Origin: Macrostomum lignano
Lineage: Eukaryota
NCBI GenBank assembly: GCA_002269645.1
Contig: NIVC01000164.1
Coordinates: 124,001-188,000 of the forward strand
DNA: 64,000 bases
Direction: 5' to 3'
In this document: positions 1 to 29,746 of the stretch, piece by piece
Position numbering within the stretch: the stretch's first letter is position 1
How the letters are laid out: each line of letters opens with the position of its first letter
Translations under genes and position numbers: made by a program
Notes under the pieces: model-generated
The model's input: only the letters and a program-made list of their open reading frames with translations
Told to the model about the DNA's origin: nothing
The model's database searches: none

Positions 1-678
1 CACCTTCTGTGTCTTTTAGTATGAACTCATTCACAAAAAAGTATGAACTGAGCACAAAAGGATCCTAGTCATTTTGTCAATTGGCGTTTTGTCAACTGGC
101 TATTTCGTCAACTCGGTTTTATCACTGGTTGTTTTGTCAACTAGCCAATGAAATGATCTCAAACCTCGGTCACTTTGTCAACTGGCCAACAGGGAGTTTC
201 CCAACATTGGTCACTTTGTCAACTGCCAATAAACTAGGCCTACCCCCACAGCCACAAAAAAGTAAAACTGAACCCTTTATCTCATTTTTGCATAGCATCA
301 TTATTAGCAATGGTTTCTTAATAAACTGATAGTGATAGATTAGAATATATGGCCCTATGGGAATAAATTGGCATAAACATTAAAAAGATTATTGCCAAAT
401 ATATCCTATAGGCCCTAGCCATGATAATTGTGGCTTTTGGAATTGGGATTGCTTATACTTTGACAATAGTTATATAGTACTATGATAAACAAAGAGTTTA
501 GTCCTTACAATAGGGACTCTAGTGAGATTTTGATATTTATTTGCTAATTTAGGCATATAAAAATCATTGTATATTAAAGCTACTCATATTAATTTTGTAT
601 TAATAATGTTTTGGAATTTACCTTGCTGCTAACTGTCTCATGGATTTAAGTTGAAGGCCATAGCATTGCTAATTAGAA

Positions 679-13469
<12,791 letters not shown>

Positions 13470-13794
13470 GATAACTATGTAATCTGTGTAATATATGAAT
13501 ATGTTAATAATTATTATTGCAATAATAGCTTGCTGCTAACGTGTGATTCTACTACAGACACAGATAGGCGTCCATCAGTACCTTTGAAATTGAGCGTATA
13601 TTTTTTATTTCTTTATTTTGTTTTTCTTTGCTTAACCGCTTGATCAATTCTAACTTTATCTCCTCATGTGCTTCTAGCTGTACTGTGCTTAATTATAAGT
13701 TTGATTTTTCAATGTTGTCTCACCGATTTGATAGTGCTGACTTCTGCTTGTCTGTATTTTTGTATGTCCTCTGTTCCTCTTTTTATGTTTGTAT

Positions 13795-13928
13795 TTTGTC
13801 TGTCTGTCTGCCTGTCTGTGTGTCTTTCTGTCTGTCTGTCTGTCTGTCTGCCTGCCTGTCTGTCTGCCTGTCTGTCTGTCTGTCTGTCCGCCTGTCTGTC
13901 TGTCTGTCTGTCTGTCTGTCTGCCTGCC

Positions 13929-13961
<33 letters not shown>

Positions 13962-13964
13962 GCC

Positions 13965-14005
<41 letters not shown>

Positions 14006-14056
14006 GGCTGTCTGTCTGGCTGTCTGTCTGGCTGTCTGTCTGTCTGTCTGCCTGCC

Positions 14057-14087
<31 letters not shown>

Positions 14088-14123
14088 GTGTCTGTCTGCC
14101 TGTCTGTCTGCCTGTCTGTCCGC

Positions 14124-14155
<32 letters not shown>

Positions 14156-14160
14156 CTGCC

Positions 14161-14191
<31 letters not shown>

Positions 14192-14227
14192 GTGTCTGTC
14201 TGCCTGTCTGTCTGCCTGTCTGTCCGC

Positions 14228-14285
<58 letters not shown>

Positions 14286-14315
14286 TTGTGTCTGTCTGTC
14301 TGTCTGTTTGTCTGC

Positions 14316-14353
<38 letters not shown>

Positions 14354-14370
14354 GTCTGTCTGTCTGTCTG

Positions 14371-14403
<33 letters not shown>

Positions 14404-14450
14404 TTCTGTCTATCTGTCTGCCAGTCTGTCTGTCTGTCTGTCTGTCTGGC

Positions 14451-14494
<44 letters not shown>

Positions 14495-14510
14495 AGTCTG
14501 TCTGCCTGCC

Positions 14511-14549
<39 letters not shown>

Positions 14550-14586
14550 GTGTCTGTCTGCCTGTCTGTCTGCCTGTCTGTCCGCC

Positions 14587-14630
<44 letters not shown>

Positions 14631-14646
14631 AGTCTGTCTGCCTGCC

Positions 14647-14679
<33 letters not shown>

Positions 14680-14720
14680 GCCTGTCTGTCTGTCTGTCTG
14701 TCTGTCTGCCTGTCTGACTG
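13795..14720. repeat. (TCTG)n microsatellite
   Basis: About 930 bp with TGCC/TGTG interruptions. Confidence 0.97.
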
Positions 14721-15676
14721 CCATTTAGCCAGCCGATATATTGCTAACCAGTTAACTTATTTTTCGAATTTCTTTCTTGGCCAACCTTCATGCCGGCATA
14801 GTAGTCGAACATGGGAGAAGATTTCATGTATAATACTATTGAAATGTTGTAAAATTTGCAATTACTTCGCTGTCCTGTCAGTCATCTGCAGCCCTTCTTC
14901 AGTGCTAAAATCTGCGCTAAGCCTTAAAAATGTGTTTTTTTCATCAACTGTGTTGTGCGCTGTGTCAGGACAGCAGTTTTAATAATTGGACCAAAATAGT
15001 TGTAGACAGGGCTACATTTACTACAGTTTAATGTCTGATGCCGTGCGGCATGCAGGTAACATCATCCATCTGGCTGTGCGGTTAACAGTTATTACCGAAT
15101 TTGTGCCAGTTAATTTCCTCCTTGGCTGTTTTTAATAATATATACAATTTTAATAGTAGTAACTGATTATAATTATTATTAACTCTTTTTGTTGTCAAAA
15201 CGTCGCTTGTTGTTGCTATGCAATGTAAAATTCCTTTATAACAGCTGATTCCCTTCACGAGTAATAACTTACTATTGCTATTTTAATAAGTAGCAAATGT
15301 TGTGTTTACAAAGAGATTTGTAATAAACATTTCCAATATTACATTTTTATCATGTTTATGTCTCGAGCCAAAATATTTATTATTGCAATTTAACTGAAGT
15401 TTCTACTCAATAATGGTATAAAGAATCTGTAAATCTGTAAAAAGTGACGATTTATAACACTTTTGCTAATACAGTTTTTGTGTTTGAAACTGTACGAAAC
15501 TTATAAATAACATATCATATAACGGCACCCGATGCGTTAGTAACCGCATGAGCTCGTTTGAAAGTAAAGGAATTATTTGTATAGCTAATAAAATCTGTTT
15601 TTATCTTGCTGTGCCAGCCACAGCTCTATAATCGGTACTTCTGCTGTTCTGTTTCTCGGCTGCCATTCTTTGCTGG

Positions 15677-16460
15677 GGAACAGGTGATGCCACACTGGTT
15701 GAACAGGGGATGCCACACTGGGGAACAGGGGATGCCACACTGGGTAACAGGGGATGCCACACTGGGAACAGGGGATGCCACACTGGGAACAGGGGATGCC
15801 ACACTGGGGAACAGGGGATGCCACACTGGGGAACAGGGGATGCCACACTGGGGAACAGGGGATGCCACACTGGGTAACAGGGGATGCCACACTGGGAACA
15901 GGGGATGCCACACTGGGGAACAGGGGATGCCACACTGGGTAACAGGGGATGCCACACTGGGAACAGGGGATGCCACACTGGGAACAGGGGATGCCACACT
16001 GGGTAACAGGGGATGCCACACTGGGAACAGGGGATGCCACCCTGGGGAACAGGGGATGCCACACTGGGGAACAGGGGATGCCACACTGGGTAACAGGGGA
16101 TGCCACACTGGGAACAGGTGATGCCACACTGGGGAACAGGGGATGCCACACTGGGAACAGGGGATGCCACACTGGGGAACAGGGGATGCCACACTGGGTA
16201 ACAGGGGATGCCACACTGGGAACAGGGGATGCCACACTGGGGAACAGGGGATGCCACACTGGGTAACAGGGGATGCCACACTGGGAACAGGTGATGCCAC
16301 ACTGGGAACAGGGGATGCCACACTGGGAACAGGGGATGCCACACTGGGGAACAGGGGATGCCACACTGGGGAACAGGGGATGCCACACTGGGGAACAGGG
16401 GATGCCACACTGGGGAACAGGGGATGCCACACTGGGTAACGGGGGATGCCACACTGGTTG
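15677..16460. repeat. 21-22-nt minisatellite GGGAACAGGGGATGCCACACT(G)
   Basis: Direct reading; between Par-3 and FReD 3' ends. Confidence 0.95.
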
Positions 16461-16787
16461 AACATGGGATGTCACACCGGGGAACAGGGGGTGCCACAGT
16501 AGAGAGCATGAGAGATGTCATGGTTGGGAGGGGTGTCACAGTGGAGAACATGGGATAGGTCCCACTGGAGTACAAGGAAACGCCTATTATAAAACATGTA
16601 GATTAGATAAATAATCATGTCGGTCACGTGCATATATATATATTAGTATTGATTGATTATTGAAAATCATATAAAACTATTCATTTCTTATTGAGTTTAG
16701 CTGGTAGAGCTGAAATTAATACCGAATATGCATAGTTAGTCGTCTTTTTAATATACCAGCTCGTATAGTTCAAGTGCTAGTAAGCCT

Positions 16788-21021
<4,234 letters not shown>

Positions 21022-21719
21022 TTTGTTGCAAAGAAACAAAATTTCCTTGAATTCTTGCCTGTGCGGAATTTTCTGCTTATTACGTGCTGTATATGTATAC
21101 GAGTATATAAGGCTGCAGTTAGCGATGATGTTTATGAAATTAAATTAAATCAATTCTAAGAAAAGCTTTAAACAAGGGTAATATATTATATCAATTTTGG
21201 TTGTATGATTAGTCAAAATCTGGATAATACGTATATTTACTTCTCTTGCCTCTCCCTACTGAGCTAAATTTTGCTTCCGCTTTCCAGCAGCTTTAACAAT
21301 TGTCAGATTATGCATCCTTACTCTCAATAACAAGATACCGTTGTCACCTGTGATAAACACATCCGGCAACGTAAACAGAGGATGCAGTAAACACTGACGG
21401 AATGAGCATAGAATTCTAAATACTGATATTAACCTGCATTTAAATAGTCTGGATAAGGCTCTAATATCTAGAATTCTATGCACTGAGAGACTGGGGCCTG
21501 GAGAGTGATTGAAGGGTGAAGCTTAGAGACTGGCCTGGGGGAGAGGTGGGGTTTGGGAAACATTATTTTACATCAACATAGCTTTATGAATATCAATAGA
21601 ACTATAAGAAAGACACCGCAGATAAACATTGGGTCTGCCTCCTATCGAGAGCAATAACAATTTTTTGTGGTTTCCCGTCATAGTTGAGTAGTCCTTGCTC
21701 CAAGCAAGAGATAGGGGAG

Positions 21720-22030
21720 CCAAGAGACAGGGGTGCTAACCAAGAGACAGCGGCGCTAACCATGAGACAGCGGCGCTGACCATGAGACAGCGGCGCTAAC
21801 CATGAGACAGGGGCGCTGACCATGAGACAGCGGCGCTAACCATGAGACAGGCGCGCTGACCATGAGACAGCGGCGCTAACCATGAGACAGGGGCGCTGAC
21901 CATGAGACAGCGGCGCTAACCATGAGACAGGGGCGCTGACCATGAGACAGCGGCGCTAACCATGGGACAGGGGCGCTGACCAAGAGACAGCGGCGCTAAC
22001 CAAGAGACAGCGGCGCTAACCATGAGACAC
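21720..22030. repeat. 20-nt minisatellite CATGAGACAGCGGCGCTAAC
   Basis: Direct reading. Confidence 0.93.
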
Positions 22031-22799
22031 GGGGCTCAAACGTGGACAACAGAGATCCATCAAGATGCAGAGAAGACAATTAGGGACAACCTCAAATTTA
22101 AATTCCTGCTTGTGTCACTGCAGACTGCAGTAAGCGCAAGCCCAAGGCCGAAGCAGATATGCATTAAAAATGCACTCAGGATAAGGTAAGTTCTTTTTCA
22201 ACCAAAGTATATTAAAGTATCTATCTATCAAATTAAAGTGTACTAGCATTCATAGCTCCAGTGTACACATGTACTCCACAAGAAGTGTTAAAACAATACA
22301 CAGAATAGCAGGCAAAGAAAAGCATGCACTTTAATGGTCAGTAGCAGAGGCATATAGAAGCACTCAGCTCCATTTGCATTCAGTAGTCGAAGCGCTTGAA
22401 AAAAGACGGGTTTCTTATGGCTAAAGGCAGCACAACTGAAGCAATTGGTTGAATGTACACTCACCAGTGTTATAGATCGAACTCATAGCAGCGGCTTGCC
22501 ACCGCCTCCCCTTACTGGTATTGGCTCAAAACTTTTCTTTCCTTTCTGTTCTCGATCTCTACAGCTTTTGCTTTAACTGTTGTACTTGCAGCTGCGTATA
22601 CGCTGTATATAGCTACAGAATTATACTGCGCATTTGTATTTTGGAAAAACAACTAAATGCACAACAGGGCAGCTTAACTGACAAGACCTTCGCGCTGTTT
22701 TGAATTTTTACTAAGTTGTCACTATTTTATTAGCATTTCAACTTGAAAAAGTAAGTATCAATTTTATTCAGCTGCAAATACGATAGCTGCAGCTATGCT

Positions 22800-23200
22800 G
22801 GGAGATCCGTCGGTGCCGCGGTGTCCGCAGCGCGGTCCCCCCTCCGGAGAGTCCAGGAGGTGGATTGTCGCTCGCCCGGTAGGCCTTAGGTAGCGGACGA
22901 GCTGGCAGAGGTTCTCGGGCCTGAAAACGTCAGAGAGGTCCGGGTTTGGGGCGAGGTAGGTGAGCCTGTCCTGGGTAAAGGCGGGGCATTCACAGATGAA
23001 GTGCTCCGCATTCTCAACACCGGAGAGGCTGAATGAGGCTGAATCATTGCGGATTTGTTCCTGGAGCTGACGATTCCTGGCAAAACAGCCATGTCCCCTG
23101 CGGAGGGCGGGGGAAGTACAGAGGACGGCAGGGCGGGATCGCCGGCAGATGGGCGTCATGCAGCCCATTGTGCCTCTCCTTGTGCTTTGAAGCCACACAC
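22800..23200 (-). mobile_element. Degenerate 3' end of a non-LTR retrotransposon ORF
   Basis: Translation [19 protein letters not shown]...[11 protein letters not shown] resembles the C-terminal Cys/His motif of LINE reverse transcriptases; no RT core present. Confidence 0.6.
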
Positions 23201-23472
23201 TGGTGGCTGCGAGTTTTGACAACGGCCCGTTGTCTTATTACCTGATATTCACAATATACTAAATTTCTAAGATCTTTTAGAAACTAAGCTTAAAAATTTC
23301 ACTATATATATTAAAGCTAAATTTAATGAAGTTTTGAGCATGAGTTTTGAGTTTTGAAGTTAATGACCTTTGAGTATTGAGCTTACAGGTATACGCTCGT
23401 AAATGTTTGTGCGAAAAGTGCGAGCTAATGTAATAACTCCAATTCAATAATCAACGATCAAAACCAGTCAGG

Positions 23473-25236
23473 ATGGTCCAGCTGGGAAGCCGACTACACC
23501 TACTGCTACCGCCAGCGGCCCTCTTGCTACTAGCAGCAATTCAAGTCCAACATGTGAGCGGCGCCGGCGGAGGCAGTCGCGGAGACTCAGGCGACTGCGG
23601 CGAGAGTCGCTATCGAGATGAAGCGACCGGACGGTGCCGGGCCTGTCCGAACTGCGCAGATTATCTGGCTGCCATCATGCCGCCCGGAGACTGGAACGCT
23701 TCATCAATTGCAGCTGCACCGACAACTCCTGCTCACCAGGTAGTGTCCGAGACTGCCGAGCAGAGGGCCGCCAGATTTGATATCTGCGCCCGCGAGCCCC
23801 GTTGCAGAGGAAAGGAGCCCGAGCCAGGTCTGTGTAGGATTTGGAATTTATGTCTCTCCCACGACACGTCTTTTAAAACGGACCACTCCAGCCGAGGAGT
23901 CTCTCAAACCACCATCCCTCCCAAAGCAAGTCTCTCAAACCTCTCCCCAGGCCAGTCTCTCAAACCCCACCCCTCCCCAGGGCAGTCTCTCCAACCCCAA
24001 CCCTCCCCAGGCCAGTCTCCAACCCCCTACACCCCTCCCCAGGCCAGTCTCTCCAACCCCCTACACCCCTCCCCAGGCCAGTCTCTCCAACCCCAACCCT
24101 CCCCAGGCCAGTCTCCAACCCCCTACACCCCTCCCCAGGCCAGTCTCTCCAACCCCCTACACCCCTCCCCAGGCCAGTCTCTCCAACCCCAACCCTCCCC
24201 AGGCCAGTCTCCAACCCCCTACACCCCTCCCCAGGCCAGTCTCTCCAACCCCCTACACCCCTCCCCAGGCCAGTCTCTCCAACCCCCCCAGACCAGTCTC
24301 TCAAACCCCAACCCTCCCCAGGGCAGTCTCTCCAACCCCCTACACCCCTCCCCAGGCCAGTCTCTTAACCCCCCACACACTTTTATCCAGGCAGTCTCTC
24401 AACTCCACCCCTCTCCAGGCCTGTCTCCTACACCCCCCTCCCCAGGCCAGTCTCTCCAACCCCAACCCTCCCCAGACCAGTCTCTCCAACCCCCTACACC
24501 CCTCCCCAGGCCAGTCTCTCCAACCCCCCCAGACCAGTCTCTCAAACCCCAACCCTCCCCAGGGCAGTCTCTCCAACCCCCTACACCCCTCCCCAGGCCA
24601 GTCTCTTAACCCCCCACACACTTTTATCCAGGCAGTCTCTCAACTCCACCCCTCCAGGCCTGTCTCCTACACCCCCCTCCCCAGGCCAGTCTCTCCAACC
24701 CCAACCCTCCCCAGACCAGTCTCTCCAACCCCCTACACCCTTCCCCAGGCCCAGTCTTTCAAACCCCACCCCTCCTCAGGCCAGGCTCTCAAACCCCACT
24801 CCTTTCCAGGCCTCTCTCAAACCCCTCTCCACCCCAGGCCAGTCTCTCAAACCCCTTTCCCCTCTATATTAACATCAACAATCGCGCACCCATCACAAAC
24901 ACAATCGCAGTCCGCCAACTGCTAGTCCGCGACCGTAGCGACCTCGAGCCACTGGGCCTCGGCTCCGCAGCAGCTGTAGTTGGCGGAATCTGCCTCATTG
25001 CTGGAGCAGTGGTACTCGGTCGGCACCTACGTCAACGAAACCAACAACAACAACAACGGCAGCAGCAGTTAGAGCATCAAGTTGATGGGAACTCCCATGA
25101 CGCTGCCGCCGTCAAAGATGAAGCTGTGGACGACAATATCGACAATGTTCAGAGCTCAGCGGCTCTGAGTGGAGGCGGCAATGGCGAGGGCACGAGACAC
25201 AAATTGCTCGAAGACAAAGGTCAAGAGCTGGTGTGA
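23473..25236 (+). CDS. Type I membrane protein with one TNFR-like cysteine-rich module, about 226 aa, 2 exons
   Basis: Exons 23473-23827 and 24911-25236 (phase 1). Signal peptide, CGESRYRDEATGRCRACPNC..C..C, TM segment AAAVVGGICLIAGAVVLG followed by RHLRQR. The long Pro/Ser ORF tail in the track is intronic repeat. Confidence 0.7.
23915..24860. repeat. C-rich minisatellite CCCTCCCCAGGCCAGTCTCTCCAACC
   Basis: Fills the intron of the TNFR-like gene. Confidence 0.9.
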
Positions 25237-26096
25237 ACCATCGCTCAACTGATTTATTAATCCTCCATGAACATTGCAAATTTAAAACTATTTATTAATT
25301 CTATTACATTTGTACTGATATTGCTCGTATTATTAGCTACCTATTTGCACGCACGCACAGATCTGTATAATTTAGAGTCTTTTAAGCAGGTCAAATTCTT
25401 GATGGGGAATCTCAAGCTTTGAGGCAGGAACTGGAGAAAATCAGTCAATGGGAATCTCATGCATAGAGGGAGGATTTACTCGTAGGTCGAATATCTTCAA
25501 AGTCCTTTATAAAAAGCTATAAATATACGGCATCAATCTATTGAAAAATTGTAACGCGTTGGCTTAGTGGTCTCTTATAAGTCTCAAAAATATGTTGAGA
25601 TATTAAATTACCTATAATTAGGCAAAGCCAGACTATCTATACATTTATCGTTGTATACGTAATTATTAATACTTGATCTTAAAGGCTGAATCTGCAGTTT
25701 ATTTAGTTGAGTTTAATATTAATAATTTATTTTCATATTGAAGAAGCGATCAACGCATGCATGATTTGATCAAATATCATAGCGATAGCTATTTTAGGAT
25801 GGTAGGATTTTGAGCAATAAAAGGGGTTAAATAATTGTTTTAGAAAAAAAACTTTCATAGTAAAACACACGAGATTCTGTCAGTAACCAAAAAATCTGTG
25901 CAATGAATAGAACAAGCTAAACTTTCAATACATAAAGCGAGGTATTGGAATGAAAGCGAAGTTAATAAAGTCTAGAAACAATAAAGATAAGAAAACAATG
26001 ATATTTAATTGTCAAACAAAACTTAATTACAATGACTAAATTTGGGGCTTTTATCTGAATAAATGATGTGTGAGAAATAATTGGTAAGGGCCGTAA

Positions 26097-26352
26097 ACTG
26101 GGTGACAGATTATTGGAGTTGGCAAGGCCTGTACATTGAGGGTGAGAGATTATTGGGGTTGGCAAGGCCTGTACATTAAGGGTGAGAGATTATTGGGGTT
26201 GGCAAGGCCTGTACATTGAGGGTGAGAGATTATTGGGGTTGGCAAGGCCTGTACATTGAGGGTGAGAGATTATTGGGGTTGGCAAGGCCTGTACATTGAG
26301 GGTGAGAGATTATTGGGGTTGGCAAGGACTGTACATTGAGGGTGAGAGATTT
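26097..26352. repeat. 40-nt minisatellite
   Basis: GGGTGAGAGATTATTGGGGTTGGCAAGGCCTGTACATTGA, about 6 copies. Confidence 0.93.
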
Positions 26353-27236
26353 TTAAAGTTGGTAAGGTGTTAACACTGGGGAAACTATGGCAATTATTAT
26401 ATGCCATAGAAACTAATGAGGTGTGGAAGAACTTAAAACTTTCATGTGCCTCAATTTCTAATGTATTTGGTATATTTTTATACAAAAAACGTTAACGTTT
26501 TGTTATCTGTGGCCAGCTGCAGACACCAACGGATAGAAAAAATAATGAGATAAAACAATTTAAATTTGCATCATTTTATAAACCTGACGTATTGAGAAAA
26601 AAGGAAAATAGCCATGACCATAAAAAAATCTGACAAACTAGTTAAACTAAAATAGCAAATTATTGTACATGCATGCAAAAATTGTTTGCATCAAACGAGA
26701 TTCGTCCAAAACAACAGGTAAAGGCGCCAGACAAAAAATTATTGAGATATCAAGGGAATAATTAAACCAAATTATGATAATTCAATAATAACAACAACAA
26801 CAACAACAAAATACGGTGTCAAGATGGCAAAAGTTAATTCAATTAATTCAATAAGCTAATGATAAAGCACCTGTGGTATGGTTAAACGTGTAGAAAGCTA
26901 ATATTGTATGAGTTTAAAACATTGTTTCGACTGATAGCTTTTGCTGAGTAAGTCAAAAAATACGAGTACTACATGCAGATAAATGTTTAAAAATATTAAA
27001 TAAATAAATCGTCGTCTAGACTCAAGCCTGCTTCATGGTTGCTTGCATTGGCGACTTCTTGAAAAAGAAGAGGAGAGATCAAATTAGACGAGATTAGATG
27101 GAGATAGACTAGATTAGAGCAGGAAGAAAAAAAAGATAAGAAGACCGAGCAGAAAAAAAGTACATTAAGAGGGATAAGATTAAGTCAAAGGCTCAACTAA
27201 AAAACTTCATAAGACATGAGACACCCCAGTCGCGAT

Positions 27237-29746
27237 CTACTGGCCTCTCTTCACGGTGACGCGATGCCACGCGTTTCCAAGCAGACCCCGAGCATTCCAC
27301 ACCGAGCTCCATCGTTCCGGCTGTTGATTCCCATTATCGTCAACAGCTTTGCAAGCTATGGTGACACTTTGGCCAGGCTTCGGCGCTGGAACCGTCGCCT
27401 CCCAAAGGCGCCAAGCCCAGCGCTGACCGAACGGTTGATGCAAAGAATCATCTACATCGTCAGGAGCATCATCCAAGTTACACCACTGGGCCAATTGCCA
27501 CGTATTGCCGTCGTCCGTGGTCACTTCCACTCGGACTACGCCAGCTCCGGCGCCGCTGAACGCGTAGCCACGGATTTGCACAACTTCGTCTTCGTCGGCG
27601 CCGTAGCCGTCCCTGATCACGTGACCATCTGGCGGCCAACAGATTGCGCTAACCACTGGCCAATAAAGTTGAGCAGGCGCCCGAACGAAATCTTCAACAG
27701 TTGGCGTGTACAAGGATGGTTGAAACGTCTTGTAGTCGCGACGCTGCCAGAAGCTGGAGCTCTCTTGCCGGCTGAGAGCGATGCGGCAAAGCCACTTGAC
27801 GCTGCGGGCTCCGATGGCGCCTGCGATGCCGAGTTTTTTGTTTGATGGATTTCACGCTTTGGTGTTTTATACGGTTTTATCTCGTCAGAATGATTTTTAC
27901 CCTGACTCGGGGGTCGGCTATCAGAGTAAAAGCATTTTGGAGACAAATTTTAGATTAGTTACCATTTATTAACAAGTAGACGCTCATACTAAAGTACGGT
28001 ATGCTGGCAATTCAAGGGTATTTTCAAGTTATTCTCAGAGTTGTGAGGACAATTTTTTTCAGAGATTTTTAGGCTACTCTCAGATGGTTCTAAATACGAT
28101 TATACTATAGTTCAGAAACGATTCTCAGAGCGGTTTAGAGATGATGATGATTCTTATCTAGCCTAGTGACAATTTTCAGAGCTATTTCGAGATGCTTCTC
28201 TGTTTTCCGACAATTAAGACGAGTTCCAAAGCGATTTAGACACGGGTAGATTCTAGACGACTTTCAGTTTAAGTTTAGAAATGGTTCTCAAGCTTAACAC
28301 AGAGCAGTGAACTATCATAGACACAGAAGCTAATAAAGCCACTAACCAGGCACAATAACCCTCAGCGGATACCCATGATCGGCTGGTATCGCCTCTCCGT
28401 TCATCTCGTACGCCAGCAGGAGACCACGCGACTCATCAAGCGCCACTTCCACAGGCACCGAAGCGCCATAAAAGTCGCCTGTAATGCTGTCCCCATCCAT
28501 GCCTTCAAACTGCACATGCCTGTAGCCCAGTTTCCTAGCCTTATCCAAGTCTAAACCAAATAGCTTCTTCAGCACCAAATGCAGAGGCGCGCCAGTCCAG
28601 CGCGCGTTCGACACCGCAGTTTGGCGCCATTCCAGACCTCTAGCTTGACGCCATTGCGCCATCTCGTTGCGCCTATTGCCGGCGCATGCAAGCGTAACGT
28701 CGTAACTAACTCGAGGAAAATCGTTACGCAATTGCTCAACAGTAACGTTTAGACTGCGATTGACTTTCTCTTCATTAGTTGGATCCTTCAGATCCAGTTT
28801 GACCCTGTGGGAATTGGCGTCCTCGGGTAGCTTAGGCACTGGCAGATGGTTTCTAACAAAATGAATGGCATTGGGAGTGTAGTAGTGGTCCATGAGGATT
28901 TCTGGCGGTGACATCGCATTGTAAGGTCGTTTATTAATTGGCACCAGCAGAGGTGAACGTTTTGGCTCGTTGGCAAACTTGCCACCGTCGTCTGATTGTT
29001 CGGAAGCTTTGCGACGCTGAAGCTCAAGAGCATCTGCTGCTGTCAGACGGGCAATGGCGTACTCAGCTAGGATGCTCAGCACGTGCGGAGACTTGTGCAC
29101 CGCGTACAGATCCCAGAATGGTTCGACGTCTTTGCCAGCGGCTAGTAGTATCTTCTCGCCGCCTGGGTGGCTGTCTACGAAGTTGGTCACGTCGTACACT
29201 GTGTTCTGGAGTTGAAGTGAAGTAGCCTGTGGTTACCATTGATCATTACCTGTGCTCACCATTAATTATTTCTTGTACTTAAAAGATGGAACTGTACGAG
29301 TACTCAAGTATCTGTACAGTATAGTAATTATCTTACCAAGCAGCAATTACCTGATAAATAACCCAGACACCTGTCTGCAAGCTGTTGTGCTTTGCAACCT
29401 CTTCTAATGTGACACTGGGCAAATTCGCTGCATTTCCAGGCGTATCCTTTTCTTCATTATTATTATCTTTGTTAACCGCAACAGTCGCCATAGCAACGGA
29501 GGCAGCAGTGGCGGCTACAGCAGCAAAAGTGCCGCCATTTGAGCCGCTTTTTTCTTGGCGTTCCTCGTTTCCATGGCAACGGTTAACCGGGGCTTGATTC
29601 TCTCTAGTAACTGAAGATGACAAGACTCGAAGCTGAGACGGACCAGAAAATGCGTTTAGACGCTGGCTGCTTTTAGAAGCAGCAGCAAGCAGCTGGCGAC
29701 AGCATACCGCTGTCCAAGTGAGATTCTTTAGCTGACGCAAATACAT
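27237..29746 (-). CDS. SUOX: Sulfite oxidase, intact copy 1, about 612 aa, 3 exons
   Basis: Exons 29746-29351, 29205-28347, 27820-27237 (1839 nt). Targeting-like N-terminus, cytochrome b5 (VYDVTNFVDSHPGGEKILLAAG), Mo-pterin domain ([50 protein letters not shown]), dimerisation domain (WNARGLLGNAWHRV). Confidence 0.95.
29484..29580. promoter_or_regulatory. Two RFX X-box consensus matches in SUOX copy 1 exon 1
   Basis: GTCGCCATAGCAAC (29484-29497) and GTTTCCATGGCAAC (29567-29580) both fit GTHNYYATRRNAAC; function untested. Confidence 0.5.

Noticed and set aside
61-245. TTTTGTCAACTG repeats as a MITE upstream of Par-3
   Set aside because: Repeated motif is visible but TIR and TSD could not be defined.
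13628-14982. Three 350-400 aa SVCL-repeat ORFs
   Set aside because: Stop-free (TCTG)n microsatellite open in all frames.
15585-16575. Cys/Pro-rich repeat ORFs on both strands, and a CRISPR-like look
   Set aside because: 21-22-nt minisatellite with no unique spacers and no cas genes.
23828-24925. Pro/Ser-rich mucin-like stalk for the TNFR-like gene
   Set aside because: C-rich repeat open in several frames and ending in stops before the TM exon; a clean phase-1 intron removes it.
27216-27845. Plus-strand 209-aa ORF and its twin at 33236-34024
   Set aside because: Antisense shadows of SUOX exon 3.
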